64,000 nt of DNA, from positions 2,852,001-2,916,000 of the forward strand of contig CP158636.1 of assembly GCA_050273025.1 (NCBI GenBank). Direction: 5' to 3'. This DNA comes from Cenococcum geophilum (taxonomy: Eukaryota). Position numbers and translations under genes: made by a program. The notes beneath the pieces are model-generated. The model was not told the origin of the DNA, ran no database searches, and worked only from the letters and a program-made list of their open reading frames with translations. Positions 14,209 through 28,400 of the stretch are shown here, one piece after another (positions within the stretch are counted from its first letter, which is position 1; every line of letters starts with the position of its first letter).

Positions 14209-14922
14209 TGTTACGGTGCTATAATAAAGTAAACTAAATAACTACGTTGTGGTATAAAGAGGAGAAGAAGGTGAAAGGGGGTATTATATATAAATAGTAG
14301 GGCCAGCCGCTAAGGCGCTAGTGGTAGGCCAGCTAATAGTAGGAAATAGTATAAGATAGTATAAGATAGTATAAAATAGTATGCGTTAGGTTAGTGCCAT
14401 AACAGTACTCCCCTCCCTAGAAGGGTTAGTCCCTAAACTAAATAACTTATTCCTACTATAAAGATATTACTTCCGCTTACCGCTTTTAACTAAGCTAATA
14501 GCAATTTTCTATACTGGGTATGGAAAATCCTAATTGGTTAGTTTAATAAATAAAGTTAGTAGAACTCCACACCGCTACCACATAGCGTTTCTTGGCAGAA
14601 AAACTAACTAATTAAATAACTTTAACTAGTAGTCGAAGTTCTATAGGATCTTAACCACCACAAATTATCTTTATAGTTAGCTATAGTTTTAGCGTAACTC
14701 TTCCTTATTTTATACCCAGTCTGGGGTCCTAGCTTCTTAGGGTATTATTTATAAAACTTTAGTAGTATACACTCGCACCCTTTTAGGGATTTCTTAGGTT
14801 CCTAGGTTTCCTTATTATAATACTTCCACTTAATATAATATATTAAGCCGTGCTCGTCTATTTGTTTATTATATATATTAAAAATCTTTTTAAATTCCTA
14901 CTTATCCGTAATATTGCCGTTA

Positions 14923-15418
14923 CAGTACTACGTCAAAAGTTTGGGTCGCCTACTTAATTCCCCGCCAAAAACCACTAAACTTACCACCTTTTGGTTTAAA
15001 AAGCTCAACAATAAATATTTTAAATAAGTAAAAAAACTTAAGAATTAAATAAAACTATACATAAAAATATCTTCTATATTATTTTAACTATTTATTAAAA
15101 AGTATATATTAATTAAATGGGGTACGGCGCTGGAGCCTTTTAGTTTTTCGTTAAACTTCGGCAAGATTTCGGTAAATTTACTAATAAATCCGATAAGGCG
15201 TAGGGAGGCCCTACCTTCCAGCTCTATTAGATGGTAAAAAAAAATTTAATAAGGAATTTTTTAGGTAAGCTAATAGAAAAGGTAATAATTTATCTTATTT
15301 AAAACTTTTATAGATTTTTATTATATAGAAGTGACTCTACTTACTTACAGAGATTGAGAGTTTTGTTAGTTTTTGGTAGTGTATTGACCAGGCGACCCAA
15401 ACTTTTAATAACTGACTG
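14923..15418. mobile_element. Tc1/mariner-like MITE (496 bp)
   Basis: TIR CAGT....GTCAAAAGTTTGGGTCGCCT and AGGCGACCCAAACTTTT....ACTG. TA duplicated at 14921-14922 and 15419-15420. Confidence 0.88.
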
Positions 15419-18317
15419 TATTATCCCTTTTAGCTATCCTACCTGTAATATTATGGCGTTCCTCTTTGTTAATATATACTTAACTAGAGATCTTTTTAAA
15501 GAACTAGAGGCGGACTTTTAAAGTATAGAAAGACTTATTAACACGGATATAGTCTAAGAGGTTAACTATAACTGCTTCTCTATAGGCAGCTAGGACGGGC
15601 TAGGGTCCATCCTAGTTATTATCCTACTTCCTTTTAGGCTAGTTAGTCTTTATATTTTTAAGGCTAACTATAACCATATTATCCTTTTTAAATATTATAC
15701 CTTCGTCTCGTTTTATATTAGCGTTATCTTTATAGCGTTGCTGGGAGATATAAGCTAGGGCTTTAAGCTGGGTTAAGATATGCTTAAAGCGGTTAGTAAT
15801 AGTATTAGCTTATAGGTACTCCTTCTTTACATATATAGATGGGGCTGGTAGCTATAGGCCTGCTAGTTTGATGCCTAGACGTAGGTTATAGCCATAATTA
15901 GCAAAAAACGGTAAGATTCCCGTGGTTTTATTAACCTAGTTATTTATAGCAAACTTAGTAAGGGGGAGCCAATCTACCTAGTTGTCTTAGGTAGAGTTTA
16001 TAAAGGCGCGTAGGTATTTATTTATTGCTATATTAACAATCTTAGTTTAACTATCTATTTTAGGGTACTATGCGAAGCTAGGGCTTAGGGTTACCTTTAG
16101 GCGCTAATTTAGGCAACGCTAGAAGTTAGAAACAAATAAAGAGCCTCTATTAGAAATAATAGTATTCGGAGCGCCGTATAACTTATAGATAGTATAGATA
16201 AATGCTTTAATAAGCTCCTTAGTATCTAGGCTAGTAATAGGAATAAAGTGTCTTATTTTTATTAGGCGGTTAACAACAATAAAGATATATCTGTATGTTT
16301 TGCCGTTATGAAGGCACTTAGGTAGGTTAATGACGTAGTTAATGGAGATATCGGTCTATAGGCGGACTGGTAGTTTTAGTGGTTTTAGGGAACTAGGTGG
16401 TGCTAAGCGTAGGGTCTTTATACGGAAGTAGAGAGCGCAGTCTCTTATAAAGGTAGCCGTGAACTATAAAATACCTAGCTACTAATACGTTTAATTAAGG
16501 AGGTCTAGTGTTTTAACGCGGCCTAGGTAACCTATAGGGCCCGAACTATACGTGCGGTATATAACTTCTAGTTAGGGTTTAGGTAAATTAGGGACAAATA
16601 CTTAATTTCTATAGTAGATTAGGCCGTTAATAATTAAATATTTGGATTTATTATAGCGGAGCAGCTTCCTAATCTGCTTGGGCCAACAGCGTACTTTATA
16701 GTCTTCCTGTTTATATAGCGTAGCTAATATATTCTTAGCGGGTTTATTCTTTATATAGGCATTCTTAATAAGCTCCTTAAGGGTTTTTTCTTAAGCTTTA
16801 GGTCTATTACTGCGATAAAGTCTTTAATGCTCTAGTCTTAGGATTCACTTAGTAGCTCTTCTAGAATAGTGGGATTAACTTTCTTTGGTGGTAAGATAAT
16901 ACGGTTTTAGTGTTATAAACGTTCGTTATTAGCATTAGTAGGTATAACGCCTAGGAGGCGGCTAAGAGCGTCTAGGATTATGGCTTTAGTGCTAGGCCTA
17001 TAGGTAATAATAAAGTTAAATTAGGAAAGGAACTTAGCCTAGTAGACTTAGTGCTAGTTTAATTATTTTATTATTATAAAGGTCTAGAGGTTCTAATGGT
17101 CCGTAATAATTTTAAACAGCTGCTTAGTTCCTTATAATTTGGGGCACTATTCTTTTAGTGCCTTAACCATTACTAGGAGCTCCTTATTATATATTTTGTA
17201 GTTATATTTAGGGGCTAAGTACTTAGCAGAAAAGAATATAACTGGCTTAAGCTTATTACTTTTACTAGCTTAATAGAGTACTCTACCTAAAGCCTAGTTT
17301 AAGGCGTCTATCTCTACTATAGTCTTCTTTATATAGTTGTAATACGCTAGGACTAGTGCTATAGTGAACGCTGTTTTTAGGGTCTAGAACGCCTATATTT
17401 AGTTAGGGCCCTATAACTAGCTAGTGCTCTTTTTTAGTAGCCTAGTTATAGGCTTAACTACCTTAAAGTAGCCTTAGATAAATCGTTAGTAGAAGTTCGC
17501 GAAGCTAAGAAATTACTATAGTTCTTTAACTAACGTTAGGTCCTTTTATTCCTATAAGGCCTATACCTTCTTAGGGTTTATAGTTATACCGTTAGTCAAG
17601 ATAATTAAGCTAAGGTATTTTGTTTTAGTAGTATAAAACTTAGACTTATTAATATTAATTTAGAGTCTAGCATTACTAAGTCTCTAGATAATTTTATTTA
17701 TATATTTTATATGCTTAGCGCGTATTTTTAAGAAGATAAGGACATTATTAAGGTATAGAGTGCAGTAGTTATTAAGGGCGTTATATAGAATATAGTTAAT
17801 ATAGTTTTAAAATATAGCGGGTGCGTTATAGAGACTAAATAGTATAACTAATATTTTATAGAGCCTAAACTAGGTAATAAATGCTATAAGCTACTTATGG
17901 CCTTCCGTAATCCAGATCCGGTTAAATATAGTAATTACGTTAAGCTTAGTAAAGTACTTAGCACTATAGAGTGCGTTAAATGTTTCACGGACTAGTAATA
18001 ATAGATGCCAATTCTTAATAGTAACTGTGTTTAGGCCTTAGTAGTTATAGTAGATTTATATACTACCGCCAGGTTTCGTAGTAAGGAGGAGTGGTATCCC
18101 TTGAAACGGCAGGGTCCTTAGAGGAAGTGGTCTATACGCGAACACCAGAATCAAAACTTAGGGTTGCGGAGGATAGATTATCCTATCCGGTCGGGCGGAT
18201 AATAATCCTATCCGAGGATAGCTTGGATATTGGATAATATCTGGATAATATCTAGATATCCGCAAAATTTTAACTACGAAACTAAACCTTTACCCCCTAT
18301 TGTACAACGCTATAAAT

Positions 18318-20620
18318 ATGGCTAGTACTAGTGAAATTTACCCCAAAAACTTTGACGATAATAATTCCTCTAAAGTCGATATACTTTCTACCCTTTTAAG
18401 CGGCGTTAAGACTAAAGCTAATACTAGTTTAATTCTAACTACTTATACGATACAGATCTTAAGATAAGTCTCCTTAATTTATAAATATACTTATACGGTA
18501 ATAAAGGAAGAAAAGGCTTATACAAAGAAACGCTACTTTTGTAAATACTATCCTCCTTAAGACCTAAAAGGACACTATTCCTCAACCGTTGGATTATAAG
18601 GCCATTTTAAAAAATATAATATTAAATGGAATCCAGTAGAGAATTAGGAGCGTACGACAGTAAAAGATTAGGGGGAAAGATCTCTTTTAGAACTATATTA
18701 AAAGCTTTTAGCAAGAGGAGAAGTTTAAGGTCTTAAGGGTGAGGTTTTAAAGCGTATGGTATATTAAAATACTGTAAAGCAAGCACTTCTGGATCTAATT
18801 ATCGTACGACGGCTTCCCTTCTTATATGTAGAATGGCCAGAGTTTTATACTTTTGTAAAAGCATTAAATCGAGAAGCACCCTTAATTATCCCTATATACT
18901 ATTTAACGATTATAGCCTGGGTTCTTAAATACTTTACTAAGAGTTAAGATATTGTACGAAAAGTACTTTAATCTACAAAAATAAATATTTACCTTGCCGT
19001 GGATATCTGGACCTCTCTAAGTTATTCCCTTCTTCTTAGAATCTGTGCTAGCTTTTTTGATATCCAGGATGAATACTAGAACCCCTTAATTGCCCTTTGT
19101 ACGGTATCTAGCCAGAGTAATATAGATTAATGGGAGGCGCTTTGTCCGGTTCTTATTAAGTACGGTATTAAAATAAAGATTGGAGCTATTGTTGGCGATA
19201 ATGCCGGATTAAACAATGTTCTCTGTTATACGATTGGCTAATGGCTTAGCCTTAAGTATAAAATTAACTAGATCGCAACACATTAAAGAATTCGCTGTTA
19301 GGGGCACGGTATTAATCTTATTATTTAGGCCTTTCTATTCAGTTTAAAAAAGGATAAAAAGCTTATAAACTTATATAATAAAGAGGATAAGGAACAGGAC
19401 GAAGAAGAAGAGAAAGAAGAAGAAGAAGTCGTATAATAAGCACTACCGCTAGTTAAAAGAAAGAAAAAGAAGGATAAAGAATTAGAGCTAGTATTGGACG
19501 AAAAGCGTAAAAGAGGTAAAAATATTCAAAATATTATGGGGCCGATAGGAAAGCTTTATAACTATATCGTTTATATTCGCAGCTTAGCTAACTATATAAT
19601 ATGGTTTATTAAACGTGCTAGTAAAATAGTTCCTCTAGATAATTGTACGAGATGGAATAGCTGGTGTCTTATACTATATGTAGCTCTAGAGGATAAGGTA
19701 AAGGCTAGACTTTAACTCTATATAGAGCACTATAAGGATAACTTAAAAGATAATATCCTCTTAATAAGCGAATGGATACATCTTCGTATAATTTGTGATT
19801 TCCTTTAGTCTTTCCATAAAGCAACTCTATTTCTTTAAGGAGATTGTATAATACTAGAGAGGGTTCTAGAATTAGTTAATATTCTTAAGGATATAATATA
19901 GACCGCATTAGTAAATTATACGATACTCTTAACGTTTCTTTAGCTAATTATTTCCTATAGGTAATAGCTACTAAGGCTAAGGATAAGTTTATAACTCCTT
20001 AACTTTAATGTGCTGAGGAAAAGCTTGTAAAGTACGCTAAGAAGCTAGATAATTCTCCCTACTATCTAGCGGCACGAATTCTTAACCCAGAGTGTTGTAC
20101 GGCTTTCTTAAAAGATTAGAATAATCATATTACCGTTAAAGGAGAAAAGAAGCTCTTTAGCGTACGAAAGCTCTAGGAGAGATTCCGCGAGAAAGTAATA
20201 CTTTTAGGTTTAACTATATCGTACGCAACTAAGAAAGCTTAAAAGTTGCCTTTAGAGTCTGAAGAAAATCACTCTGCCTTCCATAAGGCTCGTCTTTAGT
20301 ATTATTTAAAACATACTCGTCTATAGAGTCTAGATAAGTTTAATAACTATATTAACGAGAATCTAATTCCGCTTGATAGCCGTATAATAGCTATTTAATG
20401 GTGGAATCAGCCTCTTTAGTATACAAGATTTCCATAACTCTTATAGCTTATAATTAAAGTTCTCTTAATACTTAGAATAAGCGATAAGCTAGAGAGAGTA
20501 TTTTTAGGTTCTTAACGCCGTATTCCATGGGATTGTATAAGAACTACTTTACAAATACTTGAGGCATTGGAGTGCGTAAAGGACTGGGCAGCTTATAAGA
20601 TTCTAAGTATTCTCTTATAG
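18318..20620 (+). pseudogene. hAT transposase, RIP-inactivated, probable intron at about 19911-19960
   Basis: BED-finger-like YFCKYC...H, LAVDIWTS, VGDNA..NN, RIRC.GH.INL, DNCTRWNSW and C-terminal dimerisation-like WWNQ...RFP.L..L.I.VL.I....D..ERVF.G. Confidence 0.88.
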
Positions 20621-23600
20621 TCGTATAAGGGAAAGTATATAAGGGGTGTGTTGTATAACACTAAAGGGGGGAAGGGGGGCATATAAATAAAATAATTTTA
20701 GGTAAAAGGTAACTACTAAAGGCGCGTAGGTAGCGTAGGTAAATATATACTAACTTTAAACTTAATAGATTATAAGTTTAAATCCCACCAATGTTGTCCT
20801 TTATTAAAAATCGGGAAATATAATTATCTAGTATACTTCCCGTCCTGCCATATAATAGATTCTCTGGCAATATTGCCATACTATAAGTAAACTCTCCTCT
20901 CTGTATAATATACTTATATAACTAACTACTCTTAGGATAAGTAGGAGAGGGTAAAAGCTTTACCGGCGATTAATGTAGAGGCTTAGGTGGGGGGTATATT
21001 GTATTACGGCTTAAATAAATGCCTCTAAACCGAAGCTTAAACGAATGCTGTATTACGAAGATACTAAGCTAAAGAGAAGGAAAAGGGGTCACTAGGACCG
21101 ATGTAAACAAATATATAGGGTAAGCCGTTAAGGCGCTAGCTTTAGGCGGGCCAATTGTAGGTTGGCAGAATATAGCAGAATTTGGCAAGTAACGTGCGAT
21201 AGCGCCGTTACATTACCCCCCTCTTTGAAAGAAAGCCTGCCCTTAGGCTTAGTTAGAAAAAATAGGGTAGTACTAGGCTTATAATGTAGAATTATAAAAA
21301 TATACAATAAGGAGATAAAGGGGATACGAGTCCGTCCTAACTAAGTATAAAGGGCGATTGTGGGCTAAGTGGAAGCACTAGGCTAGAAAGAGTAGCTGCT
21401 AAAAGTCTTAGCACGGATCTAACTAATTAGACAACTTTAACCGGCGGTTAAAGTTCCTGGATATTTGAAATTTTATAGTACTGGTAGAAAACGGCAGAAT
21501 ATAGCAGAATTTGGCAGATAGCTGTATTAGGGCTTTAGGGCGTTTTTATCCCTATGTTCTTCCAGTAATTTATCGTCTTTATTATACTAGCATTCTATCT
21601 ATTTGTCTAGGTACTTTAGGGGTCTAGGCGTATTAGGGTATTAGTTATAGAATTCTTTAAGCTTCTAGGGGTAGCCTATAAAGTTCCACGTAGGGTATTA
21701 GGTTGGGTTAGGATCGTAGCCCTTCTATTAGATACGGTATTTTAGCGCTCCCCGTACTATCTTATAGGCCAGTATTTTATTAACCTCCTATTTATTATTA
21801 CCGTTTACTTAAACTAGTAGGGGAGGCTCGTTTTTTTATCTAGGTAATAGGTCGTTTATAGCTTTCCGTAACTTATTTAGCGAGAAGATAAGGTAAACCC
21901 TAATTAAGTCTAGGAGCTTTATTTTATATAAGTTGCCTATCTTTTTAAGAACCTTATATAGTCCTGCCATCTAGTAGTCTAGCTTACGGCTAGGTTATTC
22001 GGTCCTCTAATTCCTTATTATAACCTAGACTATATTGCTAGGGGCAAAATTGGGCTCTTAACGGTATTTATTTGCCTGCTATTCTATTAAACTTTAAGCT
22101 TTTTCTAGGTTCTTGCGGGCTACCGTCTAGGCCTCCTCTAATTATTTAGTATACTATTAGGCCTTAGTATAGAATAGCTTCTCTTATACAGTTTAGGGTT
22201 CTTTTAGCCTTTTTTAGTTAAAGCTTATATAGGGTAAGTATTCCATTTCTAGCTAAATCGGGGCAAACCCTATGGAGTTATAGGGTAGGGTTGCTTACGC
22301 GTAGTCTATTAAGGGTAGTAGTTTAAACCAGTTGTTCTAGAAATAGTTAATAAAGGGCCTAAGCCTCTAGTCTAGGTACTAATTTATAATCTTTATCTAA
22401 CCGTCTATCTAGGGGTAATAAGCCGTAGAAAGCTTTAGCTTAATATTTAGGATTTAGGTAAACTTATTCTAGAAGGCTAATATAAACTATAGCCTATAAT
22501 TAGACATAATAGTATCTAGTAGTCTATAGATTTAGTAGACGTAATAGACATATAGCTGGGCTGCCTCTTTAGTATTAATGTTTTTGTAATATGGAATTAA
22601 GAACGGGCGTTTACTAAAGCAGTTAACTATAACTATAACTATATCGTATCTGTTACGGTTCCTAGGTAGTTTATAAAAGTTTATAAAGATATACTACTAA
22701 GGGCGCTCTAGTATTAGGAGTGGCTTAAGTAGTTCTAGGGTTTTATCCCGTAGGATTATAGCTCTCTAGTAGTCTTCGCAGTTCTATATATATCGATTAA
22801 TATCCGTAACTATTCTCGGCTAGTAGTAGCGGCAGTTAATAATTTTATAGGTCTTGTTCTTACTAGGGTATACTATAAAGACTTAGCAATAAACTTTGCG
22901 GATTAGTTTAGTCCATAAATTATTAACGTTAGGGACTATAAGCCGCTCTTAGTATAGGAGCAATCCTTCCTCCGTCTTAAAATTAGGGTCTCCTTTTACG
23001 GCTTATTTACGGAGGGCCCTTAAGGCATTAGCCGTGCGGTTTATAGTTAGGAGGCGGTTAATTAGCCCTATTAGCTTATTTAAGGACTCCTTTATTAGTG
23101 CTAGCTCGTTTTACTAGGAGTTTAGCTCCTTAAGAATCCGTGGGTTAAGCTATTTTAAATAGAGGAGGGCGCGCGTCCAATATTAGGTCTTTAGCTTATT
23201 CTAGGGTCCTATATCTTATTCTCTTTAGGTTAAGGCATTAGCTTTAGAGTTTTACTTACTAAAACGATATATAATTATAAAGAAGAATTAGGAGAGTATT
23301 TTAGCCTACTAGGCTTATCGCCCTATAAGCTGCTTTATAGTTATAAAGTACTTTAGGGCTTTATAATCTATATATATCTTAATCTAGGAGTTTATACCTT
23401 TAAGCTCTACACGCTATTAGGAGAGTAATTAAATAATAGCTAGTATTTCTTTATTATGTACTTTATAGTTATACTTAGCTGGGTTTATTATCTTTAAGAA
23501 GAAAGCTATAGGGTACCATTCGCCGTCTAGATATAACTATAATAGGATTCCCATTATAATCCTATTAGAGGCGTCTGTTTTTAGTATTAATTTAAGGTCT

Positions 23601-25403
23601 AGGTTATAGTAATAAAGGATTAGGGAAGAGATAAGCCGATTCTTTACCTCTTTAAAGGCCTCTATATAGCTATTATTAAAGATAAAAGGCGTGTCCTTTC
23701 TGGTTAGTTATATAAGAGGTTTTGCTATAATTCCGTAGTTATAGATGAACTAGTAGTAGAAATTATAAAAACTAAGGAAGGACTAGATTTCTTTTACTAT
23801 ATAAGGGGGCTTTTAGTTACGGATTGCCTTTACCTTCTTAGGGTTGACCTTAATTCCTTCTATAGTTATAATAAACCTAAAATATTTTATACGTTTTACC
23901 CTAAACTCGCATTTCTTAATATTAACTTATAAGCCCGCGTTCTATAGCCTCTCTAGGACCTTTTTAACATAAATTTAATGCTTAAGTTTATCGTCTAAGT
24001 ATATAAGAATGTTATCTAGGTATACCGTACAGAATTTATTAAGGTAATTAAAAAGAACGTTATTTATATACCTTTAGTACGTAGCTAGTCCATTTATTAG
24101 TCTAAAAGGAAGAACTTTATATTTATAGGAACCTTAGTAGGTATAGAACGTTGTTAAATCTTCGGATATAGGGTCTATCCTAATTTGGTGGAAAGCTTAG
24201 CGGATATTAAGTTTAGTAAAGATCTTTACCTAGCTTAGATATGTAAGGGTCTTATTAATTAAAGGAATAGGATACTAGTCCTTTTAAGTAATAGCGTTTA
24301 GCTTTTAATAGTCAATATAAAAATAAAGGCCTCTATTAGGCTTTTTTATAAATAGGATAGGGGAAGTAAAAGGGGCTTAACTTAGCTTAATAAACCCTTT
24401 ATCCAGGTTATTAATTAAGTACTACTTTATTGCTTTTAGCTTATCCATTAATTAATAGTAGAGGGGGCTATAGCCTAGCGAGTTATTAGCCTCTAATTGA
24501 ATCTTGTAATTATACGTCTAGTAGGGGGGTAACTTATCTAAGGCCGCCTTTAAGAATGCATCCTTGTAGCCTGTATAAATAGTAGAAAAAAGGCATTTAA
24601 CTAGTTCCTTATCAGTTTCCTTATTTAGCCTTTCCTCTCTATTATTAATAATTTAGTTAATCTTATATAGGCTTATTATAAAGACCTTATTATCCTTTTA
24701 GTATATATTAAAGTGGAACGCTACAGCGCTAATTACGGCAATATTTACGGTAAGGGGGTTAACTAATAATAGGGGCGTATATGACTTTAGGGACTTCTAG
24801 GGTACTAGCGTTATTATTACTCCTTTTAGCTCCTGTTGCATCTTTTAGAAGTTATCCCTTATATCCTATTAATACGTTCTTTTCTATAACGGTTAAATCT
24901 ATACAATTTAGACGTTATCTATATTATTATCTGTTATTACGGACGCTTTAAGTACAATGTTACAACTACTTAGAGAAGAGACAGAAGAAGCTAGTTGGTT
25001 AATTTAGGCACAGTCTAGAATAGAGCCGATAGAACTATATAACGAGGAATGGTAACCAAGGTCACATAATATGCTATGTATTAAACGAGAGGAACAAGAG
25101 GAACTCACGTACCTTATATATAAGACATACATTACGTATAAAAAGGATTTTATAGGAGTACGGTCATATATTTAAGGACTCTCAGTCCCTACCTAGATAG
25201 TTCCTTCTTTATAGTAATTCTCAGAATATAATTAGAGTTAATCTATTAGGCAACCACTCCACTAGTTATTATTACGTTGTTAACTTTTATACTTACATTT
25301 CCTATACATCTAGCCTAATAACGAGCCTATTATAGTTCTTGCTACAAGGTTCCGTTATATAATTACTACCTAGTTATAGTATTAATATAAGAAGTCGAAT
25401 AAC

Positions 25404-28400
25404 ATGCCACCAAAAGCAGCCACTATAATGCCATTAACGGTAGCAACTACTTTAGGGATAGGAGGTGATACTAGTATAGCAGATACTAACTTATAGCAAC
25501 CTATAACAGTTAAACAGCTATAGGAAATAGTTAACCAGCTAATAGCTAACAATATAGTGTTAGAAGAAAGACTTAACGGGATAGGAGCAGCAAAAATTAA
25601 GCTACTATTAATTAAGAGATTCACAGGAGAAAGGTTAAAGCTTAAAGGATTCCTTACGCAAATGCACTTTAAGGTCTTATAGGAGGGAGTAAAGTTACCT
25701 ACACCTATAGATCGGATAGCCTATATAGGACTATTCTTATTAGGAAAAGCACTTAAGTAGTTTAAACCTTACCTTATAGAGATATAGGTAAACGGAATAA
25801 CGACTACTAACCAAGATATGTGATTTATATTCTTAAGTTAGAAAGGATTCGCAGAACAACTTACGCAGATATTTAGAGACCTAGAAGAAACAACTATAGT
25901 AAAAAAAAAACTCTAGAACCTTATGTAACGAACTTTAGTAATTAAGTATATAATATAGTTCTAGACGCTAGCAATATAAATAAAGTAGAATAATAAGGCG
26001 CTTATGGCATAGTATAAACAGGGACTTAAGGCTAAAGTCTAAAACGTAATTATTCTAATAGAAGATGCGGACACCCTAAGGGAACTAATAGATTAGGCGA
26101 TTAAGATTAACAATTAGATCTACTAAAGGGAACAGGCTAAGAGAGGCTAGAATAGAGTTCCACAGTTATATAAGGCGTAGAGTACGTAACGACAAAAGCT
26201 AAGTTAAAAACTATGGTATAGCGTAGAGCTAATAGACCTAAGTGGTACTAAAGAAGCCTATAAGAAATAGAGCAAACTATAGAAACCTAGAGGATAAGGA
26301 TTAAGTAATTAAAGGTCTAAGGAGCAAAAGCTAAATCAGGGATCTTAATAGTAGAAGATATTTAGGTAGACTCTATAGCAAGAGAAATGGTTTAAAGAAG
26401 GAGCTTATATAAATTGCGGAAAACAGGGTCATTACGTTAGAGACTGTAGAAGTAGGCAGAGTCACTACATAGTAAAAGGCATAAGACTAGCAGACGACAT
26501 ATATATATAGAGGGATAATAATATACTGCGAGGAACAAAAGAATATTCAATTAAAAGTTTTGCGTTTTGTTATAATAATATATACTAAATTTATAAGGAC
26601 GCTAAGTATAGCGTAAGCTATTAGCTATAAGAACTAGTACTTATAGGATATAGAGGAACTAATAAACTAGTTTATAGATCGGATATTAAGGATAATAAGT
26701 TTAACCTAGGCGAAATATTCCGTGACGATAAGGTAATAAGGGCTGCTTACTAGGAGCGAGCAAACCTTAGAGATATTATACCAGAGGTAGAGGATAATTC
26801 CACTACAAAATAAGGAACATTAGTAGGGATTAAAACCCTACTAGATACAATGTCTATTGCTTTACAAGATATAAGAGAAGTAGGACAGCGAACCACTTCG
26901 GCACTTGATAAAGGTAAAAGGCCAAAAGCTCAAGATTCTTAAGATAAGATAAAAGACAACCAAGATTCTTAAGACGAGATAAGGCATACCCTAGGACCTA
27001 CAATAGACGAAAACCGATAGAGTAGGGCAGTAGCTTAGTTTAGAAATATACAAATAAGCTTAGGATAAAGTTTCCCACAAATATAAGACTCTTAAGACGA
27101 GATAAGTAAGATTTAAGACTCTTAAGACGAGATGAGAATACTATAGACGCCTAGTTAGACTAAGGCGGGAGCTAAGCTTAAGTTAGAAGCAAGCTTAGGA
27201 TTAAAGAATCTAAGGGACTAAGATTTTAGAGTATAAATAAGGACACCTATAAATAAGAGGCAAGGAGCTTCTTTACAGATTAGAGAATCTGCAATACAAA
27301 TAGCAGTTAGACTAGGAGATAGATATATAGACCTAGAAGACTTACTAGGGGAATGCAGTGTTTAGCCTAAAGATCGAAAGTTTAATACTAGGATTAAGAA
27401 GTAAAACAACTTTAAGAATTAGAGTATAAGACGCAAACCAAAAGAAACTATAAAAGAATTTAGGTAAAGAATTATCGTATAGTAAGAATAGAAACTAGAT
27501 AAGAGATCTAGCATATTAGGACGTATAAAGGACAGAGCACTAATATAAAGAATTACTAATAGGCTAAGAGCAGGCATACTAAGAGCTAAGTAGCTTACTA
27601 AACTAAAGAGTAAAGAGGATCTAGGGATTCTAACTAGGTTTAAAGAATAATATATAAAGGGCTGTCACAATACAGTAATAAAAAGATACTTCCTTACGGA
27701 TAGACTGTATACACTCCAGCAGCTATACTAAAAGTGGTATAGGCAAAGGCACAATAATAAGTGGGAGGATTTCTATATATAGTTAGATGAAAAAGTTATC
27801 CAGGACTACCCGATTACAGAAAAGGCCATAACGCATATTAAAGGAGCCTTAATTATAATATTAAAGGATTTAGAGGAACGTTTAGAGGACTAAAAAAGTA
27901 AAAGACGCATCTTAATACCTGTGAATAAAGTTATAACATTTAGATTAGCATAATAAAGGTTTAAACTTAGGGGTAAAGATAAGCTAAGAGTTAACCTAAA
28001 GCACCTAGCACACTACACGTTATTATAGATTACGTGCGTAGACGATATATACAAAATGCATAAGAATCTAAAGGAAAAGAATTAGAAATACTCTATAAGA
28101 ATATACTAGATAATAAATAAGCAATAGTACAGGAATGCCAAATATATATATAGATGGCATCCAGCAGAGGTCTAAGAGAAAGGAAGTATAGTACTTTAAC
28201 CAGGAAGATTCCTTACGGAAAAATGCTTAGACGGACGATAGTAGTAGGAATGCCTAGAAAATATATGTCTATAGTATATTAAAGATAAAAAGCGAACTAA
28301 GCATTAGCTAAAGAGGGAGCTAAGTGCACCAGGATTAAGCAGCTAATAGTTAGGAAAAGTAGAGGCCTACGGAACCAGAGGGAGCCAGTAGTAGAGCCTT

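Noticed and set aside
19494..19715. 73-aa ORF as a stand-alone gene
   Set aside because: It is a stop-free piece of the RIPed hAT transposase (contains TRWNSW).
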